Source: Nemertoderma westbladi
Lineage: Eukaryota; Animalia; Xenacoelomorpha
Assembly (NCBI GenBank): GCA_032718475.1
Contig: JAUCBJ010003385.1
Location: forward strand, 43,825-107,824
Direction of reading: 5' to 3'
DNA length: 64,000 nucleotides
How positions within the stretch are numbered: position 1 is the stretch's first letter; every line of letters starts with the position of its first letter. Shown piece after piece: positions 30,001 through 42,200 of this stretch. The translations under genes and the position numbers were made by a program. Under the pieces are notes generated by a model. That model was not told where the DNA came from. It saw nothing but the letters and a program-made list of their open reading frames with translations, and searched no databases.

Positions 30001-33000
30001 CGTTCTAGAACAACTAACTTTCATGGCAACTGTAATTAGGTACCAACGTTCTAGAACAACTAACCTTCATGGCAACTGTAATTAGGTACCAACGTTCTAG
30101 AACAACTAACCTTCATGGCAACTGTAATTAGGTACCAACGTTCAAGAACAACTAACCTTCATGGCAACTGTAATTAGGTACCAACGTTGTAGAACAACTA
30201 ACCTTCATGGCAACTGTAATTAGGTACCAACGTTCTAGAACAACTAACCTTCATGGCAACTGTAATTAGGTGCCAACGTTCTAGAACAACTAACCTTCAT
30301 GGCAACTGTAATTAGGTACCAACGTTCTAGAAGAACTAACCTTCATGGCAACTGTAATTAGGTACCAACGTTCAAGAACAACTAACCTTCATGGCAACTG
30401 TAATTAGGTACCAACGTTCTAGAACAACTAACCTTCATGGCAACTGTAATTAGGTACCAACGTTCTAGAACAACTAACCTTCATGGCAACTGTAATTAGG
30501 TACCAACGTTCAAGAACAACTAACCTTCATGGCAACTGTAATTAGGTACCAACGTTCTAGAAGAACTAACCTTCATGGCAACTGTAATTAGGTACCAACG
30601 TTCTAGAACAACTAACCTTCATGGCAACTGTAATTAGGTACCAACGTTCTAGAACAACTAACCTTCATGGCAACTGTAATTAGGTACCAACGTTCTAGAA
30701 CAACTAACCTTCATGGCAACTGTAATTAGGTACCAACGTTCTAGAACAACTAACCTTCATGGCAACTGTAATTAGGTACCAACGTTCAAGAACAACTAAC
30801 CTTCATGGCAACTGTAATTAGGTCCCAACGTTCTAGAACAACTAACCTTCATGGCAACTGTAATTAGGTACCAACGTTCTAGAACAACTAACCTTCATGG
30901 CAACTGTAATTAGGTACCAACGTTCTAGAACAACTAACCTTCATGGCAACTGTAATTAGGTACCAACGTTCTAGAACAACTAACCTTCATGGCAACTGTA
31001 ATTAGGTACCAACGTTCTAGAACAACTAACCTTCATGGCAACTGTAATTAGGTACCAACGTTCAAGAACAACTAACCTTCATGGCAACTGTAATTAGGTC
31101 CCAACGTTCTAGAACAACTAACCTTCATGGCAACTGTAATTAGGTACCAACGTTCTAGAACAACTAACCTTCATGGCAACTGTAATTAGGTACCAACGTT
31201 CTAGAACAACTAACCTTCATGGCAACTGTAATTAGGTACCAACGTTCAAGAACAACTAACCTTCATGGCAACTGTAATTAGGTACCAACGTTCTAGAACA
31301 ACTAACCTTCATGGCAACTGTAATTAGGTACCAACGTTCTAGAACAACTAACCTTCATGGCAACTGTAATTAGGTACCAACGTTCTATAACAACTAACCT
31401 TCATGGCAACTGTAATTAGGTACCAACGTTCAAGAACAACTAACCTTCATGTCAAATGTAATTAGGTACCAACGTTCTATAACAACTAACCTTCATGGCA
31501 ACTGTAATTAGGTACCAACGTTCTAGAACAACTAACCTTCATGGCAACTGTAATTAGGTACCAACGTTCTAGAACAACTAACCTTCATGGCAACTGTAAT
31601 TAGGTACCAACGTTCAAGAACAACTAACCTTCATGGCAACTGTAATTAGGTACCAACGTTCTAGAACAACTAACCTTCATGGCAACTGTAATTAGGTACC
31701 AACGTTCAAGAACAACTAACCTTCATGTCAAATGTAATTAGGTACCAACGTTCTATAACAACTAACCTTCATGGCAACTGTAATTAGGTACCAACGTTCT
31801 AGAACAACTAACCTTCATGGCAACTGTAATTAGGTACCAACGTTCAAGAACAACTAACCTTCATGGCAACTGTAATTAGGTACCAACGTTCTAGAACAAC
31901 TAACCTTCATGGCAACTGTAATTAGGTACCAACGTTCTAGAACAACTAACCTTCATGGCAACTGTAATTAGGTACCAACGTTCTATAACAACTAACCTTC
32001 ATGGCAACTGTAATTAGGTACCAACGTTCAAGAACAACTAACCTTCATGTCAAATGTAATTAGGTACCAACGTTCTATAACAACTAACCTTCATGGCAAC
32101 TGTAATTAGGTACCAACGTTCTAGAACAACTAACCTTCATGGCAACTGTAATTAGGTACCAACGTTCTAGAACAACTAACCTTCATGGCAACTGTAATTA
32201 GGTACCAACGTTCAAGAACAACTAACCTTCATGGCAACTGTAATTAGGTACCAACGTTCTAGAACAACTAACCTTCATGGCAACTGTAATTAGGTACCAA
32301 CGTTCTAGAACAACTAACCTTCATGGCAACTGTAATTAGGTACCAACGTTCAAGAACAACTAACCTTCATGGCAAATGTAATTAGGTACCAACGTTCAAG
32401 AACAACTAACCTTCATGTCAAATGTAATTAGGTACCAACGTTCTATAACAACTAACCTTCATGGCAACTGTAATTAGGTACCAACGTTCTAGAACAACTA
32501 ACCTTCATGGCAACTGTAATTAGGTACCAACGTTCTATAACAACTAACCTTCATGGCAACTGTAATTAGGTACCAACGTTCAAGAACAACTAACCTTCAT
32601 GTCAAATGTAATTAGGTACCAACGTTCTATAACAACTAACCTTCATGGCAACTGTAATTAGGTACCAACGTTCTAGAACAACTAACCTTCATGGCAACTG
32701 TAATTAGGTACCAACGTTCTAGAACAACTAACCTTCATGGCAACTGTAATTAGGTACCAACGTTCTAGAAGAACTAACCTTCATGGCAACTGTAATTAGG
32801 TACCAACGTTCTAGAACAACTAACCTTCATGGCAACTGTAATTAGGTACCAACGTTCTAGAACAACTAACCTTCATGGCAACTGTAATTAGGTACCAACG
32901 TTCTAGAACAACTAACCTTCATGGCAACTGTAATTAGGTACCAACGTTCTAGAACAACTAGCCTTCATGGCAACTGTAATTAGGTACCAACGTTCTAGAA

Positions 33001-33918
33001 CAACTAACCTTCATGGCAACTGTAATTAGGTACCAACGTTCAAGAACAACTAACCTTCATGGCAACTGTAATTAGGTACCAACGTTCTAGAACAACTAAC
33101 CTTCATGGCAACTGTAATTAGGTACCAACGTTCTAGAACAACTAACCTTCATGGCAACTGTAATTAGGTACCAACGTTCTAGAACAACTAACCTTCATGG
33201 CAACTGTAATTAGGTACCAACGTTCTAGAACAACTAACCTTCATGGCAACTGTAATTAGGTCCCAACGTTCTAGAACAACTAACCTTCATGGCAACTGTA
33301 ATTAGGTACCAACGTTCTAGAACAACTAACCTTCATGGCAACTGTAATTAGGTACCAACGTTCTAGAACAACTAACCTTCATGGCAACTGTAATTAGGTC
33401 CCAACGTTCTAGAACAACTAGCCTTCATGGCAACTGTAATTAGGTACCAACGTTCTATAACAACTAACCTTCATGGCAACTGTAATTAGGTACCAACGTT
33501 CTAGAACAACTAACCTTCATGGCAACTGTAATTAGGTACCAACGTTCTAGAAGAACTAACCTTCATGGCAACTGTAATTAGGTACCAACGTTCTAGAACA
33601 ACTAACCTTCATGGCAACTGTAATTAGGTACCAACGTTCTAGAACAACTAACCTTCATGGCAACTGTAATTAGGTACCAACGTTCTAGAACAACTAACCT
33701 TCATGGCAACTGTAATTAGGTACCAACGTTCTAGAACAACTAACCTTCATGGCAACTGTAATTAGGTACCAACGTTCTAGAACAACTAACCTTCATGGCA
33801 ACTGTAATTAGGTACCAACGTTCTAGAACAACTAACCTTCATGGCAACTGTAATTAGGTACCAACGTTCTAGAACAACTAACCTTCATGGCAACTGTAAT
33901 TAAGGTCACGAACGTTCT
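1..33918. repeat. 46-bp tandem satellite (~737 copies, runs off the left edge), derived from an exon/5' splice site junction on the minus strand
   Basis: Unit agaacaactaaccttcatggcaactgtaattaggtaccaacgttct. On the minus strand it reads AGAACGTTGGTACCTAATTACAGTTGCCATGAAG|GTTAGTTGTTCT. A few recurrent variants; homology stops at 33918. Confidence 0.99.
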
Positions 33919-34026
33919 CCCTCTCAGCTGTATCAGCGACATCGGATATCGAGCGTTGGATATGTCGACGCCGACGTTGTCTAGCTTGTCGGCTACCGTC
34001 TGGTGGTTCGTAATGAGTGAGTTCGT
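33883..34026 (-). CDS. Probable downstream exon of the SH3YL1-like gene (linker region); reading frame and 5' boundary uncertain
   Basis: Acceptor atccttatatacag| precedes 34026 and donor GAAG|GTTAGT follows 33883 (same hexamer as the donor at 59378). It is 144 nt with two open frames (DELTHYEPPDGSRQARQRRRRHIQRSISD... or TNSLITNHQ...VAMK) and could extend to ~34135. No homology recognised, so the assignment is positional. Confidence 0.5.
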
Positions 34027-34867
34027 CTGTATATAAGGATAGTACATACCGTGTAGTACATCTAGGAGCGCTCAGCTCAATGCTACCTAACTGGGATCTA
34101 ACTGGACGGAATTCTAAACTAGCTGACGACCGTAGCTTTGCAGTCATGGCATATTAGATAGTCTCTTAATCCAGTAGTCCATTCTGTGAGCGAATCCAAT
34201 TCACTGCACTACCCAGCGGAAAATGGGGAAAGTGGCCTTTTACCAATTATAGTTGGCTAGGTGACATTAGCAATATAATGTCACCTAACAACCAACAAAG
34301 GCAATATACATTGCCAGCCACAAGTAGAGATGAGAGGCTACAAGCCATCTCAGGGGGACAAAGGGGGCTAGGCTAGCACGTGTGCATGAGGGAACAGGGA
34401 GTGCCAAGAGAAGGGAGGATAGATAGCCAATGATGGGGCAGCACACCATATGATTGGGATGCATCCATTGGCCAGGTCACATAACAAGTACCAATATTCT
34501 ATGTGTTAGTAATATAACCGTTGCATTTATTACCTGTTGTTCAGTTGGTTTGTGTAGAGCTGTGGAAGCGAGACGGTTTCAACCGTCGTCGACAGTAACC
34601 GTGCTATTATTATATTCTGCTTGTACTATTATTGTATTCTGACATTACGAAAAACTGCCACTAAAAACTCAGTTATTTTATCGGCCTCCGGCCTTTCAGA
34701 CTCAGGTACTACAAGCCGTTCAGCAGCCAGTGGACGCGGGGACGCGTATTAACCAAAAGCAAACACACACCGGTCGGGATTCCCTCGCCAACTCGGGGAT
34801 CCCGTCACACATTCAACTGTAATGGCTGTTTCTTAGCCGCCTTGAAGTCCTCGTTAGTTAACAGCTG

Positions 34868-35028
34868 CAGCCCATGACGTTCTTGAGCGTTGAACGTGTC
34901 TTAAAAGGACACTGGCCTTGAAGATGCGGATGATCTAGCAAATGTCATGGGTGATAGGGAATTGTGGCGGCAATTTTGTCGACAAGCCGGCACAGCATTC
35001 TTAATGTATGTAATATAATGCAGCTGCT
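34868..35028 (+). mobile_element. Short 3' fragment of the RTE-like LINE family found at 57990-59148
   Basis: aaggacactggccttgaagatgcggatgatctagcaaatgtcatgg...cgacaagccgg is nearly identical to ~58975-59110. Confidence 0.85.
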
Positions 35029-35190
35029 ACAAACCGGCGCTTTATCTTTGACTTACCTCGAAACCGGTTCCCAAAATTCCTCACCGACATCTAAAAAATA
35101 TAATAATAACTTTTAATAAAATGCTGATATAAAGGAGCTCTCCAAAGGAGAACAACAGTAAGGAAGTTGGTTAACTTGTCAGAAGTTAAA

Positions 35191-35269
35191 TAAACCAATA
35201 TAGTATTACGGTAGTATAGGATTACACATAAACCAGTATAGTATTACGGTAGTATAGGATTACACATAA
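35191..35269. repeat. 38-bp tandem duplication (2 copies)
   Basis: taaacca(a/g)tatagtattacggtagtataggattacaca occurs twice in a row. Confidence 0.9.
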
Positions 35270-35432
35270 GCAGTTTTTGCGGTGTGAGTGAAATACGTAA
35301 TTCTATGTAGTTAAAAAGTTTATTCTGTATTATTTGAATAACCGTCAGATTTAACAACTCGTGTTATCTTTGTATTACTGTATTTGTATTTCTATTTTTT
35401 TTTATTCCATTCTTATTTTAATTTATATTCTT

Positions 35433-36085
35433 TACAAAATTAAGGCAGCATTATTAAAACGAGTTTTAGGCGTCCACAAGAGCTCGAAAAATCGGTTGGT
35501 CTTCGCTCTGTGCCAGGAAACCCACTTGGCCAAAGAACTACAATCGAATAGCAATTTTCCTGCGACCGATGAATTCAAAAAATACATCGGCACAATCGAA
35601 GAAAAACACAGAGAGATCAACTGGGACTTCTAGACCGCCCCTGGATTTATAAAGAGGAACTGGACCGAGCCAAGATCTCAATCCAGACACGTAATCGCAC
35701 GCTTCTCGATTCACGGCTTTCACCATCTGGTCTGCCAATCTAATGTTTTCCACGATATTTCCCCAGATTGCCGTTGCAAGTTGTGCGGTGGAGCCGCTCC
35801 TCTTCTACACTTGCTGGATTGTCCAGGAAATTCGCGCAGCCTTACTGAGTTAGCAACCAAGATCAATCCTCAGTTGTAACGTAACCAAGGAATTCTAAAT
35901 TTTCGTGCTTTTTAATACTTTTTACATAACTATTTATTTGTCTATATTTTAACCTTTTACTGCCCAGTTGTTGATTAAGTGCCGCTTCCCTGGCTTGTTA
36001 ATTAAAATATATATGCATTTATATTCTTTGTATTTAGCCTTGTTATCTTAATTAACAATTTAAGAATTGTTAAATTAATTAAGTC
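35433..36085 (+). mobile_element. 5'-truncated, degenerate LINE 3' end, related to the adjacent element
   Basis: Translates KIKAALLKRVLGVHKSSKNRLVFALC...WDF*...RHVIARFSIHGFHHLVC...CKLCGGAAPLLHLLDCP, matching KIQAAFLKRVLSVHKSSRNRLVDALC...RFALHGFHFRIC...CSLCGRPADTYHLLSCP at 38530-38930. AT-rich tail follows. Confidence 0.85.
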
Positions 36086-36089
36086 GCCC

Positions 36090-39000
36090 CCCGATTCTCA
36101 GTATCAGACTGCGTGACAATCTGATCACGCTAGGGACAAACACAGGGAAAATGCAGCCAATAAAGCACCGCCACAACAATCGTTTTCCTCAGTTTTCTGG
36201 AATATCGAAGGACTTAAAACTGTATATAATCTTTCTCATAGGGAAGCTTTATTCGAAAATGAGATTCTACAGTTTGTAGAAACGATGACAACAAAATCTT
36301 TCAATCTACCTGGCTTTTATACCTATGAGTCTCTAGCTTCGCGCCAGAGTGGGAGAGGAAGACCAGTGGGTGGAATAAAACGGTCGCAGTAAACCCTAAA
36401 TTACAGCCGAAACTTGTCTGTTCAAACAGTTCACATGTTATAGTTTCAACGACGGAGGCTATATTTGTATGTTGTTATTTTCAACCTCAGCTATCACTAG
36501 AGGATTTTATAGAGGGAGTCCTCGACATGTTAGACAATATTCCTACTGACTTTTCCAAGTTAATCGCTATCTCCGGAGACTTTAACGCGAGATTAGACAT
36601 CGAGGATAATGCTGGCCAACGCGTTGGAGGAATTGATGGAAGATTTTGGTTTGATGTTACAAACGGATCCTTCCAAACCAACGTATATATGCCACAATGG
36701 ATCTAGTGTCATAGATGTAGCGTATTCCAATAAAGGAGTTAACAACGTGAAGTACTGTCCCAACCCACTGCGCAAACATATTCCACTTGTTTGTACATGG
36801 ACACTTCAGACACCCCCATCGACAGACAACAGACCCCTACACAAGAAGCGGAAACGAGAAATCAATCTGTCTACACTACAGAATGATTCACGGCTCGTCG
36901 ATGTCAACCATTTATTGGATGCAAATAATATAGACGACGCCTATGATCTACTGGCAGAGTCAATAAAAGACGCGGCCCCCCAAAAAAACCCCTGGAACCG
37001 TACATCGAAACACTGGTTCGACGCGGAATGTTTTGTTAAAAGGAAGGAGGTTCTGGAACTCAACGCCGCCGCCCAATTTGATAGTTCCTTGCGGGAAAAT
37101 CTCTGTGCCAAAAAACGCGAATACAAAGCACTTCTGAAGGACAAAGAGAAGAGTGCAGCAGTTCGAAATGAAGAAAGGCTAATTGCCGACGCAGAAAAAC
37201 AGGCGTACAAATGGTGCAAGAAACAAAGAGGATCTGCTGGATGCCCTGTCGATTTAGCTACTTGGGAGGATCATTTCTCAAAGCTCCTCTACGACGATAA
37301 TGCTGAGGCTGAAATCTCTGCAGCGATCGATGAGTGTACTTCCTCAGCAATAAACTCTCCTCCACTAGACGACGACGTTCAGGAATTTTCGGACACAGAA
37401 GTCGCATCGGCAATCAACAGTAAATCAGCTAACAAATCGGGGGGTCCAGATAAACTCTTCTACGAACTCATAAAAGGAGCGCTCCCAGCAACATTAGTTC
37501 TATGGACTTTATTATTCAACATTTGTTTGTCCACCGGTTCACTCGTAAAATCATGGAAAGAAAGTTTGTTGATTGTTCTATACAAAGGAAAAGGATTAAT
37601 CGTAGATCCAAACAACTATAGAGGGATTTCTCTTTTATGTAACGCGTACAAAATCTTTACGAGTTTAATCGAAAAGCGACTCCGAGGTCTCGTTTCCAAA
37701 AGAATACCCCCCGAACAGTACGGCTTCAGTCCCGGGAAATCTACCTCAATGCCTCTAAGTCAGTTTATTAATAAAATTCATAGCAATTTGTCATACCCTC
37801 GAAAACCATTGTACGCGGTTTATGTCGACTTCCGCAAAGCTTTTGATTCGGTCCCCAGGTCTAAACTACTCTTAAAGTTATGGTTTGATTTTAATATTCG
37901 TGGTTCACTTTTTAACATCATTAAATCGATTTTAAGTCCTAATTATATAGTAATTTCAGATGGCCTCCGTAATTCTAGAATTATAAAACAAGTGCGTGGG
38001 GTTTTACAAGGAGACAGCTTGAGCCCTTTCGTAATTTTTATTTACGATATTGTGAAGTTTATACGTGATATTACCGTCAAGATTGGGGAATTATTTATAT
38101 TATTATTTGCGGATGATTTGCTATTTTATGGCGACTCCCGTGAGGTAGTGCAAGCTGGTCTAAATGCAACTCCTAATTGGGCCCGGGAAAACGGTCTTGA
38201 AGTAAATCTTACAAAGACTTCCGTAATGAAATTTAGGAGAGGTGGCCGACTGTCCGCTCAGGATTAATTTTTCTACAACGGAAACGAGGTGAAAATAGAA
38301 AAGTCTTATAAATATTTGGGAGTCACATTTCAATCGTCCTTGAAATTCACAAAGCACATAAATATAATAGTCTGCAAATCACTTTCCACAATACGGTCAA
38401 TCCAGAAACCACATCTACTATCTATTAGCACAGCTAAAAAGCTTTTTTCCTTAAAAGTAACACCGATAGTTATGTATGGACTTCGCGAAATTTGGCCTTT
38501 CTTGTCAGTCAACAACCTTCATAGTATCGATAAAATCCAAGCTGCTTTCCTCAAAAGAGTACTTTCAGTTCACAAATCGTCTAGGAATCGGCTAGTTGAC
38601 GCTCTCTGTGATTCGCGAAATCTTTCTATGGTACTTAAAGGTCAACTAAATTTAACAGACACGGATGTATTCAAAAAATACACCGCTGAAGTCGAAGACA
38701 AAACTCGTGAAATCCCAGTAGAGTTCTGGAACAGTATCGCGTTCATAAATCGCAGTTGGACAATCGCAAATTGTCGTAAGAGGCACACCATAACCCGCTT
38801 TGCTCTTCACGGTTTCCATTTCCGAATTTGTACATCCAGACCCACAGAATTTCATGAGGCGGGGAATGACTGTGTATGTAGTCTCTGCGGGAGGCCGGCG
38901 GACACGTACCATCTCCTTAGTTGCCCGAGCAACCACCACCCCCTTACGTACTGTACTGGGCCAACAAACTCTGATTTAAAATTGTTTTATAACTGTGTAA

Positions 39001-39125
39001 ATATTTTATTATTTATGTATAGTATATTTGGATTTTACTGCTTGCTTGCTTAATGCTTATATAGTTTTACAATCGTACCATTATTTTGGTCTAATAAATA
39101 ACAATAGGCACAAATTAATTAAGTA
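36090..39125 (+). mobile_element. Non-LTR retrotransposon (APE endonuclease + reverse transcriptase + C-terminal CCHC knuckle), inactivated
   Basis: APE motifs FWNIEG, FVET, GRGRPVGG, GDFNAR, SVID. RT motifs NYRGISLL, QYGF, DFRKAFDSV, QGDSLSP, LFADD, YKYLG. C-terminal CSLC-x7-H-x3-C. Ends approximate. Confidence 0.92.
36190..39053 (+). pseudogene. Disrupted LINE ORF2 (APE-RT)
   Basis: Frameshifts near 36380 and 36610 in the endonuclease. An in-frame TAA at 38265-38267 separates ORFs 36609-38267 and 38289-39053, which are in the same frame. Confidence 0.88.
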
Positions 39126-39205
39126 CGCCCATAACTTACTTATATAAATATAGCTCATGTTATTAATATAAGAATAATATTCACGCTCAGAATTAAATAA
39201 AAAAT

Positions 39206-42200
39206 CTATAGAAACTAACCCGCAACCTATAGAAACTCACCCGCCACCTATAGAAACTCACCATCAACCTATAGAAACTCACCCGCAACCTATAGAAACT
39301 CACCATCAACCTATAGAAACTCACCCGCAACCTATAGAAACTCACCCGCAACCTATAGAAACTCACCCGCAACCTATAGAAACTCACCGCAACCTATAGA
39401 AACTCACCCGCAACCTATAGAAACTCACCCGCAACCTATAGAAACTCACCCGCAACCTATAGAAACTCACCCGCAACCTATAGAAACTCACCCGCAACCT
39501 ATAGAAACTCACCCGCAACCTATAGAAACTCACCCGCAACCTATAGAAACTCACCCGCAACCTATAGAAACTCACCGCAACCTATAGAAACTCACCCACA
39601 ACCTATAGAAACTCACCCGCCACCTATAGAAACTCACCATCAACCTATAGAAACTCACCCGCAACCTATAGAAACTCACCATCAACCTATAGACACTCAC
39701 CCGCAACCTATAGAAACTCATCCGCAACCTATAGAAACTCACCGCAACCTATAGAAACTCACCCGCAACCTATAGAAACTCACCCGCAACCTATAGAAAC
39801 TCACCCGCAACCTATAGAAACTCACCCGCAACCTATAGAAACTCACCCGCAACCTATAGAAACTCACCCGCAACCTATAGAAACTCACCCGCAACCTATA
39901 GAAACTCACCCGCAACCTATAGAAACTCACCGCAACCTATAGAAACTCACCGCAACCTATAGAAACTCACCCGCAACCTATAGAAACTCACCCGCAACCT
40001 ATAGAAACTCACCGCAACCTATAGAAACTCACCCGCAACCTATAGAAACTCACCGCAACCTATAGAAACTCACCCACAACCTATAGAAACTCACCCGCAA
40101 CCTATAGAAACTCACCGCAACCTATAGAAACTCACCGCAACCTATAGAAACTCACCCACAACCTATAGAAACTCACCATCAACGTATAGAAACTCACCCG
40201 CAACCTATAGAAACTCACCCGCAACCTATAGAAACTCACCCGCAACCTATAGAAACTCACCCGCAACCTATAGAAACTCACCGCAACCTATAGAAACTCA
40301 CCCACAACCTATAGAAACTCACCCGCAACCTATAGAAACTCACCCGCAACCTATAGAAACTCACCCGCAACCTATAGAAACTCACCGCAACCTATAGAAA
40401 CTCACCCGCAACCTATAGAAACTCACCCGCAACCTATAGACACTCACCCGCAACCTATAGAAACTCACCCGCAACCTATAGAAACTCACCCGCAACCTAT
40501 AGAAACTCACCCGCAACCTATAGAAACTCACCCGCAACCTATAGACACTCACCCGCAACCTATAGAAACTCACCCGCAACCTATAGAAACTCACCCGCAC
40601 GTATAGAAACTCACCCGCAACATATAGAAACTCACCCGCAACCTATAGAAACTCACCCACAACCTATAGAAACTCACCCGCAACCTATAGAAACTCACCC
40701 GCAACCTATAGAAACTCACCCGCAACCTATAGAAGCTCACCCGCAACCTATAGAAGCTCACCCGCAACCTATAGACACTCACCCGCAACCTATAGAAACT
40801 CATCCGCAACCTATAGAAACTCACCCGCAACCTATAGAAACTCACCCGCACGTATAGAAACTCACCCGCAACCTATAGAAACTCACCCGCAACCTATAGA
40901 CACTCACCCGCAACCTATAGATACTCACCCGCAACCTATAGAAACTCACCCGCAACCTATAGAAACTCACCCGCACGTATAGAAACTCACCCGCAACATA
41001 TAGAAACTCACCCGCAACCTATAGACACTCACCCGCAACCTATAGAAACTCATCCGCAACCTATAGAAACTCAACCGCAACCTATAGAAACTCACCCGCA
41101 ACCTATAGAAACTCACACGCAACCTATAGAAACTAACCCGCAACCTATAGAAACTAACCCGCAACCTATAGAAACTCACCGCAACCTATAGAAACTCACC
41201 ATCAACCTATAGAAACTCACCCGCAACCTATAGAAACTCACCCGCAACCTATAGAAACTCACCCGCAACCTATAGACACTCACCCGCAACCTATAGAAAC
41301 TCACCCGCAACCTATAGAAACTCACCCGCAACCTATAGAAACTCACCCGCAACCTATAGAAACTCACCCGCAACCTATAGAAACTCACCGCAACCTATAG
41401 AAACTCACCCGCAACCTATAGAAACTCATCCGCAACCTATAGAAACTCACCCGCAACCTATAGAAACTCACCGCAACCTATAGAAACTCACCATCAACCT
41501 ATAGAAACTCACCCGCAACCTATAGAAACTCACCCGCAACCTATAGAAACTCACCCGCAACCTATAGACACTCACCCGCAACCTATAGAAACTCATCCGC
41601 AACCTATAGAAACTCAACCGCAACCTATAGAAACTCACCCGCAACCTATAGAAACTCACCATCAACCTATAGAAACTCACCCGCAACCTATAGAAACTCA
41701 CCCGCAACCTATAGAAACTCACCCGCAACCTATAGACACTCACCCGCAACCTATAGAAACTCATCCGCAACCTATAGAAACTCAACCGCAACCTATAGAA
41801 ACTCACCCGCAACCTATAGAAACTCACACGCAACCTATAGAAACTAACCCGCAACCTATAGAAACTAACCCGCAACCTATAGAAACTCACCGCAACCTAT
41901 AGAAACTCACCCGCAACCTATAGAAACTCACCCGCAACCTATAGACACTCACCCGCAACCTATAGAAACTCATCCGCAACCTATAGAAACTCAACCGCAA
42001 CCTATAGAAACTCACACGCAACCTATAGAAACTCACCCGCAACCTATAGAAACTCACCCGCAACCTATAGACACTCACCCGCAACCTATAGAAACTCATC
42101 CGCAACCTATAGAAACTCACCCGCAACCTATAGAAACTCACCCGCAACCTATAGACACTCACCCGCAACCTATAGAAACTCATCCGCAACCTATAGAAAC

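Noticed and set aside
1-33918. CRISPR array or telomeric repeat interpretation of the large arrays
   Set aside because: Units are head-to-tail with no unique spacers, there are no cas genes, the context is eukaryotic, and the units match gene junctions.
34027-34049. 23-nt mini-intron gtatgt...tacag on the minus strand
   Set aside because: Removing it breaks the long open frame, and the alternative upstream frames have nearby stops.
34257-34808. Possible solo LTR (TGTCAC...GTCACA) next to a small palindrome at 34257-34287
   Set aside because: No target-site duplication, primer-binding site or second copy is visible.
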